DNA of 64,000 bases from positions 28,963-92,962 of the IMG/VR virus record IMGVR_UViG_3300006735_000018; one strand, written 5' to 3'. Source of the DNA: a virus. The translations under genes and the position numbers were made by a program. This document shows positions 21,401 through 31,660 of this stretch, one piece after another. Every line of letters starts with the position of its first letter. Within the stretch, counting starts at the first letter, position 1. The notes under the pieces were generated by a model. That model ran no database searches and was not told the DNA's origin. It saw only the letters and a program-made list of their open reading frames with translations.

Positions 21401-24400
21401 GGAATAAAAATTATATTCTATACCGTTTTTAGAAAAGGTTAAATCTTCTTCTTTTTCAAGTTCCATACCACCAGCTACTATACCTGTAAACATATTATTT
21501 ACATTAGTTGAACCTGGTACCCAACTACCAACACTAGGTAGTATAGTTTTATCAGTAACAATTGTATGTACAGCATTTATTAGTCTAGGCCAAAAACCTA
21601 AGGTTATTTCTTCAGTATTTAAACCTGGTAATATATTACCATTATATGACCAATCATACCAACCCATACCATTTGCAAATGATGGGTCCGCATACCACTC
21701 ATTACACCTAATATTACCATCTATTCCGGTTCCACCACCATCACCACCACCTAATCCACAAAATGTACTATTTTCAGGAGCTATAGGACCATTTTTATAT
21801 TCATGCCATATGGAACCTATTTTTAAAATAAACGAATATGGTAGTTCATGATAACCAGCTAATTGTTTTATAGCTTGAGCTACATAAGCTCCATATTGGT
21901 GTTTACCTTGGTATTCTGTTATTACTTTTTCTAATGTACTAGTAACTGGTAGAGAATTTAAAAAGAGGTATGCCGCATCTTTGTAGGGTTCTGGGTTACC
22001 AATTTGTTCTTCTGTAAAAGCTTTATATATTGCATTAGCAAACCAAGGTGTATTCATCATAGAAACTATTTGTGATGAAAATGAGTTTGAGGTATAGTTT
22101 ATACCGTCAGTAGTACTTTGTAATTCAATGGTAGGTTCTTTAGTTGTGTAGTATTGTTCCCAGTTATCAAAAGTGGTAAATGTACTAACATAATCCCAAT
22201 CACCCTCAACAACCTCTAACAAACTACCATAAACAGTATCTACATCCCAATTTAAATTAGTATAATATTGACATGATTTACGAAATCCAACGTCGTCTCC
22301 AATTGCTCTTGTCGCATAAACATTTGTTTGTGTGTCTATTTGTAAAACATCTATTTCAAAGAATTTTTCAGCGGTTACATTGGCTGAATCAGACAATTTG
22401 CTCCTTAAACTAGTTAAATTACCAATATTAAATGGATAAAAATCAAACCACCAATCTTGTGTTTTTTTACTTTCTAGAAAAAGTTTTTGATACTTTACAT
22501 AACTACCATTTTCAGTAAATATTTCAACAACACTAGATTCCGGGTACAACCCATAAGATGTGTCAATTATGTCGTTTGGTTTTGAATTAAAACTACTTAG
22601 ATATGGGGTGTTAATATGTCCATTTTCCCATAATAAAAATTTATCCTGTGAGTCTTCTGATAAAATATTTATTAAAGAATTATAGTCTATGTTATTATCT
22701 TTAAAAAATTCTTGTAAATTAAAATCACTTTCAATAGCCACCATTAAATTTTTAGCATCATTTTGTGCAGCTTCTAATAATGTATCAACAATTTGTGATG
22801 GTTTAGATTTATAACCTGTAATACCCACATAATTAGTGAAGTCACTTGCCCTATCTAATATTTCCCATAATATACTATTTTTAACAGTGTAACTATAAGC
22901 CTTTTCTATAAAAGGAAATTGTCTTACAGATAAAGCTATTTGTCCAGTATACCTTACTTCATTATCAGATTGAAATGGTACTTGGTTGACTCTGGAGTGA
23001 ATTGCTTTTGTATATTCTTCTATGAACTCTACTTCAGGCCACCATAAAGCATTTTGTGCGTTAGTTTCTGAAAGACTACCGGCAGCTCCTGGATATTGTA
23101 AAACATATCTATTTTCATTGTCGTCATATTGATAGTATTGTGGCCAAGGAAAAACCTCCTTACCACCCTTAACACTATCTTCATATCCTTTCTTATTTGT
23201 TATTACGGACTTTACCCTTTCTGGTGTTGTTCTCTGTTCAAACGCCTTTGTATGAACTCTATCCATCAACCTTAAATAGGTGTCAACACCTGCAATAACA
23301 ACACTCATTAAATTCCTAATTGATGGGTAAAATGATAGACTTTGTTGGAATACTGTTTTTAGTTTATCACTAGCTTCAGTTTGTGCTTTTTTATAATTTT
23401 TTTCAAATTCTTCCAATACTCTACCATAAACACCCCCAAAACTTTTTGGTGAATCAAATAAAACGTACCAACCTTTGGAGTCTGGTTTTAATTTACTAAT
23501 ATCGTTAGAATTTGTATTTACAGCTCTTTGGTTTTCTACAGTAAAATCTTTAATTAAATTTACAGCCTCTTTTCCAGTTAAACCAAAAGTAACATTATCC
23601 CCCAATTGTTTTTTGTAACCCTCTATTATATATTTTAATTTAGATTCAGCATTACTAATGTATTCATCTGTGATTTCTTTAAGTCTAAAAGCGTGAGCTA
23701 CTACTTTTTTATCATCACTATCTGGATTACCAGTAGAACCCAATGTCATATCTAATAATTCTTCACGACTTTCATCTATAAAGTTTTCCATCCAACCATT
23801 AGTACCTCTTATAGCGTTCCAAAAATTTTTTAAGTGTTCTTGATATGTTTTTTGGTCATTACTAAATCTTAAGTCTGCTTTACTAAAGTTTTTTTTAAGG
23901 TTATCGGTAAAACCCTCAACCTTACCTATCAATTCAAAAATTGTGAGGTGTGGAAAATCTTGTGGTATTAATTTCTTTTTTTTATATATCCCATAAACAT
24001 CATCCATAATTTTTCTACCTAATCCTTTAGGTGTTTCTTCATTGTTTGATTGTTTAACTACTGGGTATAGGTAAGGAGCTAACATAGCTTGTTGTAGATT
24101 AATATCATTTAATAAAGCTATGTGATTACCGATAAAAGTACCTGTAACATTATAGTCACCAGAATTACTATCAAAATTAGCTTGGAAGTTTGTCATAGCT
24201 AATTGATACTTTACAGCTTTACCGTAGTAACCCTTTACGGTTAACTCAAATTGTGGATAGGGTAAGTGAAAAAATGCTGTGTAAGGTGTGTTTGTCTCTG
24301 CTTGTTCAAATAAAGTTTTACCTCTAACGTCAGTAAAATTTATAGTAACTTGTGGGACAAATGAAGAACTTATTTTTATATCTATGTTTGTTATACCAAA

Positions 24401-24808
24401 ACCCTGAAAATCACTTTTATTTTCTATACTTTTAGTAAAAAAAGTTTGTCCTTGTTCGTTAGTATCTTCGGTACGTACTATTTTATTTACCGATGGGTCG
24501 GTAAACGCGTCTGTCCAATCACTATCTAAAGATTTTTTATTTTTAGGTTTTAAAAAGTTTATTTCACCATCAAATAAATCAACCTTAACTCCACTATCAG
24601 AAGCCCCCTTACCTTGAATTAGTTTAGACCTAGGTATTACTCTAGCTGTTAAATTTACATATATAACTAAGTCTTCGTGTCTAACTAGTCTATCTTCAAT
24701 ACTTTGTCCGTCAGCACTCTGTATCTTATTAGGGTCTATTAGAATTAGATTATCACAAACTTGTTTTGTATAAACACTTTCACTAGCGTTAAGAATATCA
24801 TCTGCCAT
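18488..24808 (-). CDS. Giant baseplate hub/tail-associated protein with a C-terminal M23 metallopeptidase
   Basis: 2106 aa. The N-terminal FGITNIDI...PQVTINFTDVRG and the late CQVTSMGNALIQP...YLIMDVNHTI segments are hub/VgrG-like. The C-terminus has M23 motifs HKGID, GGYGNHI and GVMGTTGYSTGVHLHYE. Confidence 0.8.
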   Translation of the reverse strand: MADDILNASESVYTKQVCDNLILIDPNKIQSADGQSIEDRLVRHEDLVIYVNLTARVIPRSKLIQGKGASDSGVKVDLFDGEINFLKPKNKKSLDSDWTDAFTDPSVNKIVRTEDTNEQGQTFFTKSIENKSDFQGFGITNIDIKISSSFVPQVTINFTDVRGKTLFEQAETNTPYTAFFHLPYPQFELTVKGYYGKAVKYQLAMTNFQANFDSNSGDYNVTGTFIGNHIALLNDINLQQAMLAPYLYPVVKQSNNEETPKGLGRKIMDDVYGIYKKKKLIPQDFPHLTIFELIGKVEGFTDNLKKNFSKADLRFSNDQKTYQEHLKNFWNAIRGTNGWMENFIDESREELLDMTLGSTGNPDSDDKKVVAHAFRLKEITDEYISNAESKLKYIIEGYKKQLGDNVTFGLTGKEAVNLIKDFTVENQRAVNTNSNDISKLKPDSKGWYVLFDSPKSFGGVYGRVLEEFEKNYKKAQTEASDKLKTVFQQSLSFYPSIRNLMSVVIAGVDTYLRLMDRVHTKAFEQRTTPERVKSVITNKKGYEDSVKGGKEVFPWPQYYQYDDNENRYVLQYPGAAGSLSETNAQNALWWPEVEFIEEYTKAIHSRVNQVPFQSDNEVRYTGQIALSVRQFPFIEKAYSYTVKNSILWEILDRASDFTNYVGITGYKSKPSQIVDTLLEAAQNDAKNLMVAIESDFNLQEFFKDNNIDYNSLINILSEDSQDKFLLWENGHINTPYLSSFNSKPNDIIDTSYGLYPESSVVEIFTENGSYVKYQKLFLESKKTQDWWFDFYPFNIGNLTSLRSKLSDSANVTAEKFFEIDVLQIDTQTNVYATRAIGDDVGFRKSCQYYTNLNWDVDTVYGSLLEVVEGDWDYVSTFTTFDNWEQYYTTKEPTIELQSTTDGINYTSNSFSSQIVSMMNTPWFANAIYKAFTEEQIGNPEPYKDAAYLFLNSLPVTSTLEKVITEYQGKHQYGAYVAQAIKQLAGYHELPYSFILKIGSIWHEYKNGPIAPENSTFCGLGGGDGGGTGIDGNIRCNEWYADPSFANGMGWYDWSYNGNILPGLNTEEITLGFWPRLINAVHTIVTDKTILPSVGSWVPGSTNVNNMFTGIVAGGMELEKEEDLTFSKNGIEYNFYSTFIDSTNVGTQGITEIDPATDPYYILYPSAGALVNTDLSFMEDNINTAGFDGSARFLWGGAGYGAFDVTQPGSIPLQYGGLYGRVPSSNYFKRIDTTQPNQQAWNINNTDNTTTNYDDITEILSIFPEQVLNEFETQFLNFCEPTNPNATVVEGEFTTFKSIFKKLMVVDKNSIDAEVDIDARPNGNLTHKTIDIAKTQYKNFLTISRIFLKQKVIYKHGSVNGWDIVVSPTGPGGPKISTKQLMYYILDKAPLIPVMELKSYDASLYPGGTPDITFTFIISRTVLPKRDVGIDIAHNNATAICFDFFKNFNISPTLARQFAPILKQYLTETLRTNPTAVNGLSKSEFSNRLNTYLDNLISYDKYYVNELFKQVAKLDPTKGLNNSNNNDGGKDDGRPKIVADNLKLELYQVFKTFNDKWISGTQVQGEDLNAPTPTNSKALPSYNTQFEKFMFLDRGNIDIGNDAVIDIYQFLGLDTPFTDNPSTSVKQTIGGFVSTLCAKNFFNFIPLPSYVNFYNMEEHDTQGQGNAMFGAFKTVDYTLSSPKYLCQYVGPPSTSLDVKTSTYGYNNDTFVLNRVSPNPLCQPIPQGQEEKDLNNKVVAFAVDFGIPNQQIFESIGLDQSEFPNTSESFRILEDMGKVASGSKVSTNSLNLFNLYKSRSYKCQVTSMGNALIQPTTYFQLRYLPMFSGPYLIMDVNHTITPNDMSTTFNGVRVGIPSLPKITDLISSIQETLLKSMDSDLEETPVSSTTPHLDPHNLTVPEELTISDDDISTLTFAVVDPVDLSKIVTPTEAQSFWVQRDIVDESTGAVIGQRPHKGIDYSPKSEFRGTDIDLLSPITGIITGKISGCKPGSSATAKKCGGGYGNHIVIEKILIKPTDLSAYVAGAVTRYKFILAHIKEETITNSGVNSSINKNTKIGVMGTTGYSTGVHLHYEIIKYQLNENLKEIKSYLNPNSFSSDYLGNEQSV

Positions 24809-25115
24809 AATATAAGAAATGTTTATCTAATTCACTTTTGTAGTCTTGTAAACTAACTGTTAGTGGGAAAGGTACTCTAATTATTCTACCGTCAGTTATA
24901 TTCCATTCTTGTCCACCATATTCTGGATTTGCTTGTAATATTAACCAACCAAAATAAGGTGTGTTGTATATTTGTTGAGATATTTTATCTAGTCTGCTTC
25001 GTCCTACTTTATAGACTAGGTATTTATCTGAACTTTTTTTAGGTATGTTTATCAACGGTACGGTTCTCGATTGTCCATTAACCTCAAAATCTTTATATCT
25101 GTTATAATATGACAT
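24798..25115 (-). CDS. LysM-like baseplate wedge protein (gp53/gpX-like)
   Basis: RLDKISQQIYNTPYFGWLILQANP...IRVP; located next to the hub gene. Confidence 0.75.
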   Translation of the reverse strand: MSYYNRYKDFEVNGQSRTVPLINIPKKSSDKYLVYKVGRSRLDKISQQIYNTPYFGWLILQANPEYGGQEWNITDGRIIRVPFPLTVSLQDYKSELDKHFLYYGR

Positions 25116-25116
25116 T

Positions 25117-26208
25117 TTACGTAATACTTATATTTTTTCTTATTTTTAGGTTATAACTACTATTATTGGTACCCATAATTGTAGAATCGAAAAACCTTCT
25201 AACTAATGATAACTCACTATTACTTTGTGTAAAGGTAACTTCGAAGTTATCTACAGCTTTAGGTATAGATTTAACTTTTTCTAATTGTTCTGGAATTTCT
25301 GTTTTACCAAAATGTTTTTCGTATTTTTTTGTATCGTAATTTAAAAGTGTTATCGAAAATTTTAATAAATTTATTCTAAATTTTTCTGATATTTCTTTTT
25401 TTACCCCATCACTATATTTTCTTTTTACTTTGGTTAACTCTTTTATTAATTCATTATTTCTATAAAAAATTAAATTTTCAGCATAACTATATCTAACATG
25501 GGAATCCATATATCTAATAATTTCGTCAGTCATTAATTTATCCATAAAGAATAAGTATTCGTTTGGGTAGGTTAACTTATTTGTGTATTCTGGTGTTACA
25601 GAACCAAACATATAAGAACAAAAATTACCTATAGTATTTGTTGTTGCGGAAACATCACTTAATAAGTTAGTGGTGCTAGTTCCTGTGGTTAAAGTATAAC
25701 TTACCAAACCATTATTAGAACTACCAGTTAGATACCCACCAACATTTGCAAAAACTAAATTAAGTTTGTCTATATTTTTAGATAAATCTAATTGTCTATC
25801 TCTTAATTCTACTAAAAACTCAACTAATAAAGTTCTTAACTCTTTCCAAGAACTTTTAGAATGTTTTAATAAAACTTTTTTAACATATTCTCTGTCTAAA
25901 TCACTACTTCCAAAAGGTAGTTCTTGTTGTATACCTGTTGTTTCAGCTGTTATAGAGTTTTTTAATTCCACATATTTTTCATCTAACCTTTTTAAAGAAT
26001 CCTGTGGAAAACCTACTAGGTTTATACTCCTATTCATTATATTGCCCCATTCATAACTTACATATCTAAAAGTTTCTTCTAAAACACCATGTCCTTGTTG
26101 ATTGTATAAATCTATAAAACTAGTATTTAAAAATTCACTGTAATTTTTTGAGCTAGTTAAAAAATTATTATAAAGTACTTTATATTTTGATTCTCCTGTA
26201 AGTGCCAT
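25117..26208 (-). CDS. Hypothetical tail/baseplate protein
   Basis: 363-aa ORF coupled within the tail operon. Confidence 0.55.
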   Translation of the reverse strand: MALTGESKYKVLYNNFLTSSKNYSEFLNTSFIDLYNQQGHGVLEETFRYVSYEWGNIMNRSINLVGFPQDSLKRLDEKYVELKNSITAETTGIQQELPFGSSDLDREYVKKVLLKHSKSSWKELRTLLVEFLVELRDRQLDLSKNIDKLNLVFANVGGYLTGSSNNGLVSYTLTTGTSTTNLLSDVSATTNTIGNFCSYMFGSVTPEYTNKLTYPNEYLFFMDKLMTDEIIRYMDSHVRYSYAENLIFYRNNELIKELTKVKRKYSDGVKKEISEKFRINLLKFSITLLNYDTKKYEKHFGKTEIPEQLEKVKSIPKAVDNFEVTFTQSNSELSLVRRFFDSTIMGTNNSSYNLKIRKNISIT

Positions 26209-29200
26209 TATTCTGTTTCTAGATGTCCTTCACCACCTCCTTCAGTATCCCCCTCAGAGGTTACTGTTGGTCCTTCTGGTTTTTTAAAGAAGTTAACGAA
26301 ATTATCAGCTATTTGGTCTAGTGACATTGTAGCCTCTGGTATAGTTTGAGGTTGAGCTCTTTCATCGTAAAGTTCTGTATTCGCAAAGTAACTAAACGAT
26401 AAAGCGTTTTGTAATTTACTAACTGGACCTTCAAGACTTTGTCCACCAATAAATTTAAAGTTAGTTTGTACACTAACAATCATTGGTTGTACCCCCACAC
26501 CTTCTGGGTTTAAGTCTAAAAGATTTTCATCATAAGAATAACTAACAGAATCAAATACAACTTTAGAATGGTAAAAATCACCTATTCTTAACACACATAC
26601 CGGTGGTGGTCCAAAAGCTGTGTTATCAGCATCTACAACACTAGTCCCTTGTTCTGTCACAGTAGGTATTGTTTTACCTGGTCTTACACATTGTAACATA
26701 AAAGTTAATCTAGAGTTAAGTCCTTCTGGTGTCATAGAATGAAAAGCTGGGTGAAAAAATTTCAAATTATCTCTTAGTGACTGGTATACAAAGGGGTATT
26801 GTTCTCTTAAAAAGGTAAAGTAGTTTGCTTCACCTAACAATTTTCTAATAACACTAGTTATGGTATTTCTTTTATCTTGTGCTCCAATTCTAAATCCACC
26901 AGTAACTGTACCTTGGTCTACATTATCAACATTAATTTGAGCATTTTCAGCATCAGTCTCTTGATTATTTTCTATATTCTGTGCTTCTTCTGTAGTTAAA
27001 TGACCACCCATATCTTGTTCTTCTGATAAATTATTTAAAACAGTATCCTCAGCGTCATTATGTACATCATTGGTAACCTCTTGGGACCCACCTACTACAG
27101 CTGTCTGTAAAGCGTTAAGTACATCTAAACCTATATTCGGGTATTGTTGTGCTAGTTGGTATATGTCAAATTTTCTACATCCAGCAAAAAAAGCTTCCAA
27201 TACAGCATCTGCCTCCGCATCACTCATACCTTTTAACTGCATATCCACTATAGCGTTTAGTGTTGATGGATGGTCAACAACTATCTTCCAAGATAACGTA
27301 CCTAACCTTTCTGTGTGGTTGTATGTGTATATAGGTTCCGGTCTACCTAAAAAATTAGTACTACTCCAACTAGCAGAGTTTGTATCCCCTACTTGTATAT
27401 CATATGGTGGAAACCACATTATTCTACCACCGTTTGGTCCTTTTTCTGAAGCTGGTAAATTGCTTTGTTCTCCGGTACCTCTCCATGATAAATTTTCAAT
27501 AGAGAACATATATTTTTTAACTTTAGTACCTTCAGGCATACTTGTAGATTTACCACCATCTCTATTTGTTGGTGCTATATTTAAATTAAATGTAGAATCT
27601 AATATAGAATTTGTATTTTTCCATTGATTACCTTCAGACCTAACTAAATTACTATATGTGGAATATGTTCTATCTTTAGTCCAAGCTCTACAATATTCCA
27701 CACAATTCCAAACTACCTCACCTGGTGTAAATGAAGTTACTCTAGAACCTTTAGATATGTTTTTATATCCATCATTAAATACCTTAGAAACTTGGTCTAT
27801 CGCGTTACCAGCATGTTTCCATTTTGCCCCACCGTAAGCCGGTGCAGAATCCATAAGATTTTGGGTGTAGTCTAATAATCCCCCCTTTTTCTTAGGTTTT
27901 AAATCTGACCTTGTTGAGTAGAATTGCATTGATTGTTCACCTGAAGATATTGAATTTCTTCCGTACCAAGTGAATCCACCCTCTATGGTACCACCATCTG
28001 TTAATGCTTTCCCTAAAGGCCCTATTTGGTAGTATCTCCATAAAGCTCTACCTTCCACATTATCAAACTCTTTATAAACTTCGGAAGGACCATAAACTAA
28101 AGCTCTAATTTCTCTACCAAAAACATCTTTAGGTGTAGCTTCTATAGGTGACTGTATTAGACTAGGTTCTGTATTTTTACTACCCACATAATAGTGAGCT
28201 ATTGGTGCTTTTACCGATGGGTCTACCTGTACTCTAGTGTAATCAGGTCTAAATATATTGTAGTTAAGATTATTAAATAACTGAGACTGTTGGTCTTTCC
28301 CCATAAATTCTATAAACTTGTCAGATGGTGAAGGTACACTAGATGGTGTGTTAGGTAATGGGTTAGACCCTGTTATACCATTCCATATACCATTTAAAAT
28401 ATTACCCGCTTGTGTAAAAAAGTCATCTTGTGAAATATTATTAGCTCCTTGACCAACAATACTATTAATATTTAAAGGCATGGCTGGTGTAGTATAAAAT
28501 CCTGGTATTGGTGATTGTATAGAGTATACACCTTCTAATCTAGATAGGTAGTCTGACTTTGGTGGTATTATTGACCCAGGTGATGTTGTTATATTTAGAG
28601 TAGCGTCACCATTTTCACTTATATTAAAATCAAACTTAGCTAGATTAAAACCTAAATTATCTTTTAAATATGGAAATGAAGACTTTATCAACATAGAGTC
28701 ATCCAAAACCATAGAATTTAAGGTCACTAATTGTCCATTATTACTATTAACGGATTGCATTATTTCAATAGCTGTGTAATCGGAATATCTAAAAGAATCA
28801 AAAGATAGCCCTGGAACAAACCCTTGTGGTTGTAGTGTGTTAGGACTTATGTATTGTAGTTGAGCTTCGGTAACTAAATTAACCACGTTTATTGATAGTG
28901 GGTCTCCGTAGCCACTTTGTGGCCCATATTTGTTTACTAAGAACTGTGTTTCCTTTAAAGGAATTCCGTTCATATCATTAACATCTTCAGGTATTGGGGA
29001 ATCTTTAACAGAAACCCAATTTTGTGATGACACAACTACACTACCTGGTTGTTGGTCACCGTTTGGTGGAATTGGGTTTCCTCTATTTAAATAAGAACCA
29101 TCGAGATTTCTAGCAAGTAAAGCTTCTCTAAGTTTTTGCGTACTTAAAACAGAAATATTAAAATCTCCTTGAGCAAATGGGTATGTGATTCCTGTATTTT

Positions 29201-29213
29201 TACCTACTGACAT
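26208..29213 (-). CDS. Tail tube initiator/baseplate protein (gp48/CIS tube-like domains)
   Basis: WFPPYDI...SWSSTNFLGRPEPIYTYNHTERLGTLSW and PPVCVLRIGDFY...SVSYSY motifs; immediately downstream of the tape measure gene. Confidence 0.65.
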   Translation of the reverse strand: MSVGKNTGITYPFAQGDFNISVLSTQKLREALLARNLDGSYLNRGNPIPPNGDQQPGSVVVSSQNWVSVKDSPIPEDVNDMNGIPLKETQFLVNKYGPQSGYGDPLSINVVNLVTEAQLQYISPNTLQPQGFVPGLSFDSFRYSDYTAIEIMQSVNSNNGQLVTLNSMVLDDSMLIKSSFPYLKDNLGFNLAKFDFNISENGDATLNITTSPGSIIPPKSDYLSRLEGVYSIQSPIPGFYTTPAMPLNINSIVGQGANNISQDDFFTQAGNILNGIWNGITGSNPLPNTPSSVPSPSDKFIEFMGKDQQSQLFNNLNYNIFRPDYTRVQVDPSVKAPIAHYYVGSKNTEPSLIQSPIEATPKDVFGREIRALVYGPSEVYKEFDNVEGRALWRYYQIGPLGKALTDGGTIEGGFTWYGRNSISSGEQSMQFYSTRSDLKPKKKGGLLDYTQNLMDSAPAYGGAKWKHAGNAIDQVSKVFNDGYKNISKGSRVTSFTPGEVVWNCVEYCRAWTKDRTYSTYSNLVRSEGNQWKNTNSILDSTFNLNIAPTNRDGGKSTSMPEGTKVKKYMFSIENLSWRGTGEQSNLPASEKGPNGGRIMWFPPYDIQVGDTNSASWSSTNFLGRPEPIYTYNHTERLGTLSWKIVVDHPSTLNAIVDMQLKGMSDAEADAVLEAFFAGCRKFDIYQLAQQYPNIGLDVLNALQTAVVGGSQEVTNDVHNDAEDTVLNNLSEEQDMGGHLTTEEAQNIENNQETDAENAQINVDNVDQGTVTGGFRIGAQDKRNTITSVIRKLLGEANYFTFLREQYPFVYQSLRDNLKFFHPAFHSMTPEGLNSRLTFMLQCVRPGKTIPTVTEQGTSVVDADNTAFGPPPVCVLRIGDFYHSKVVFDSVSYSYDENLLDLNPEGVGVQPMIVSVQTNFKFIGGQSLEGPVSKLQNALSFSYFANTELYDERAQPQTIPEATMSLDQIADNFVNFFKKPEGPTVTSEGDTEGGGEGHLETE

Positions 29214-29255
29214 ATTTTATTCTTTTAATATAAATAGATTAGGTTATAATTTTAA

Positions 29256-31436
29256 TTATGATGGTGTAGTAACATTTAAACCAGCTAGACTAGTACCTAT
29301 AGCCTGTATTACTGTTGGGTCTAGTGCTGACATTATTTGTTTTGGTGTTAGTCTTATTGTATTACCATCATACATAATTTCTAAAGGGTTGAATACGACG
29401 TTAACCGTGTTACCCCCACCACCAGTAGTACTGTTGTTTATATAATTAGATATAACGTTTTGTCCTTCTGGTGTGTTTTCTAAATAACTATTTATCATAT
29501 TAGGGTCATACCCTGGATAAGCTCCACCTGTGGCCGCCCCACCAGTAGAACTACCTCTTTCTGTATTTCTCATAGATTCATCAAGAGCTGGTGATACTGG
29601 ACTACCAGACATACCTGGAACTCTATCTAAGAAATTTGGGATAAATTCACCAAAATCACCCATTATGTCCACTAAATTATTACCAGTCGCTCCAGTTCCT
29701 GCGGTAACCCCACCTAAACCTTCACCAAGTAAAAAATTACCTAATCCAGATTGAGCTAGTTCACCAGCAAAATCTTTAGCTGTAGTACCTAATAATCCAG
29801 ATGCTGCAGCTTGTGTCATTAAATTTTGTATTATAGCTGTATTTGCTGCCATACCCTCTTGTACCGAAAGTTGGGCCTTGTTAACATCTTCTAGGTTCAT
29901 TGTATCCTTTTGGGATTGTTTTTGTATTTTTGCTAGTAGTTCTCCACCATCTTTCGCAAAAACCTCACCTAATTCATCAAAAGATAATTCTTTATCACCA
30001 AGAGTTAACGAAAACGTACCGTCAGGATTAATGTCAGCCATAGAAGCTATTAATTCTTTATCCTCTTGACTAAGTTCTGGTATACCACCTAATTTACCAA
30101 TTGCTTGTGTTCTTTTAGCGGCTTTAATTGCTGTTTCTGCAAGATTATTATAATCTTGACCTGTAGCTTCAGCTATAGATTTTAACCTCATTCTTTCCCC
30201 TGGTGATATACCAAACTCACCCGTTTCTTTATTAAAGGTTACCGCACTTTCTGCTGTTTTTACAATAGCATCCTGTAGACCCTCGACATCATTTTGAGCC
30301 ATATACATTAACTGGAATGGGTCTAATAGTTCACTAGCGGCACCACCAATCATTTGTAATTTTGAAGCCATTTCAATCGCACCTTCAGGTGTAAAAGCTT
30401 TGTCTGCCATCTGTAACGCGTTTTCGAAATTATAACCCAATACTTGAGCTTTAGCTACCATTTCAGATAAACCGTTTACACCGTTTTGAAAACCGTAAGT
30501 GTTTATCTTATCTATGTTAGCTTCTACTTGTGGTAAGAATTTTGAAACTACAGCACCAAATCTACCAGCTGTAGCTATAGCGTCTTTAGTAATTTCTACA
30601 GCTTCTTTGGAACCGATACCAATTCTATCAAACTGTGCTATAGTATTTGACATATCAATGTCGTATATTTCTTCTAGTTTTGCTGCACCGACTATAGCTT
30701 CTTTTGGTAATATAAAAGCCCTACCGGTATCTTCGGCTGTTTCTTTTAACATCTTCATAGCGTCGTTAGCGGTTAAAGCCCAACCCATAAAGTCCGCTGA
30801 AGCATCGGTTACAGTTTTTATAATATCATCCATGAAGACTTCATCCATCCCCATAGTGTTTATTATATCTTTACGCATTTGGTCGGTTAAAGATATAATA
30901 TCCAAGTATGTACCTAAAGCTTCAGTACTTTTAAACTCACCCTGGGCCCCTTGAGCAATTAAGTCAGTCATGTTTTGCATCATCTGCATAGACTCACCTA
31001 AAGTTAAATCAGCTTGACTTCTGGCTTGTGATAGTTCTTTTAACATTTTACCCAGTTCGGTAGATGTTGTAGAAAAATCATTGTAGTCTGACCTTCCAGG
31101 GTCATCAGTATCAATACCCTTTCTTCTTAAGTAATCTGCTACCGCTCTATCAAAACTAGACTGAGTTACTGTAACGTCACCACCACTTTCATCTTTTAAG
31201 ATTACTTGGTATGATGGTAATGGATTTTTTATTCCTAATTTTTTTGCTAATTCTAATGAAACTATATTACCTTTAGGTCCTAATTTTTTAATGGATTTTA
31301 CCCTAGCAGTATAATTTGGTTCATCTACTGTGTTAAAAATACCTAAGGGTACACCTAATTCTGGATGTGAGGCTAAATAGGGTTTACCGTGTGATAGAAA
31401 CCCCTCAATATGAAGTTGTTTACTTGTATTAAACAT
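29256..31436 (-). CDS. Tail tape measure protein
   Basis: 726 aa, Ala/Met/Gly-rich and helical; canonical position after the tube and chaperone genes. Confidence 0.72.
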   Translation of the reverse strand: MFNTSKQLHIEGFLSHGKPYLASHPELGVPLGIFNTVDEPNYTARVKSIKKLGPKGNIVSLELAKKLGIKNPLPSYQVILKDESGGDVTVTQSSFDRAVADYLRRKGIDTDDPGRSDYNDFSTTSTELGKMLKELSQARSQADLTLGESMQMMQNMTDLIAQGAQGEFKSTEALGTYLDIISLTDQMRKDIINTMGMDEVFMDDIIKTVTDASADFMGWALTANDAMKMLKETAEDTGRAFILPKEAIVGAAKLEEIYDIDMSNTIAQFDRIGIGSKEAVEITKDAIATAGRFGAVVSKFLPQVEANIDKINTYGFQNGVNGLSEMVAKAQVLGYNFENALQMADKAFTPEGAIEMASKLQMIGGAASELLDPFQLMYMAQNDVEGLQDAIVKTAESAVTFNKETGEFGISPGERMRLKSIAEATGQDYNNLAETAIKAAKRTQAIGKLGGIPELSQEDKELIASMADINPDGTFSLTLGDKELSFDELGEVFAKDGGELLAKIQKQSQKDTMNLEDVNKAQLSVQEGMAANTAIIQNLMTQAAASGLLGTTAKDFAGELAQSGLGNFLLGEGLGGVTAGTGATGNNLVDIMGDFGEFIPNFLDRVPGMSGSPVSPALDESMRNTERGSSTGGAATGGAYPGYDPNMINSYLENTPEGQNVISNYINNSTTGGGGNTVNVVFNPLEIMYDGNTIRLTPKQIMSALDPTVIQAIGTSLAGLNVTTPS

Positions 31437-31459
31437 ATAGTCCTTTAAACTATAAATAT

Positions 31460-31660
31460 TTACCTTCTGCTTTTATTACGAGCTTGTTCGATTTCTTTAT
31501 TTCTTTTCTCTATTTCTTCTACAAATTTATCTAAATAAAATCTCCTTTCAAATATTGGCATATTTAAAATATCTTCTCTAGTAAAATTAAAGTTTTTTGT
31601 TAAGTAGTAAATCTCTCCCAACAGGGCATACCTATAGCCCGAAGAAAGGACGAAAAAAGT
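31460..31660 (-). CDS. C-terminal 'T' extension of the tail assembly chaperone, probably reached by frameshifting
   Basis: 66-codon open frame (...FVLSSGYRYALLGEIYYLTKNFNFTREDILNMPIFERRFYLDKFVEEIEKRNKEIEQARNKSRR*) that overlaps the chaperone 3' end in the +1 frame and has no early ATG. Confidence 0.7.
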   Translation of the reverse strand, partial: TFFVLSSGYRYALLGEIYYLTKNFNFTREDILNMPIFERRFYLDKFVEEIEKRNKEIEQARNKSRR

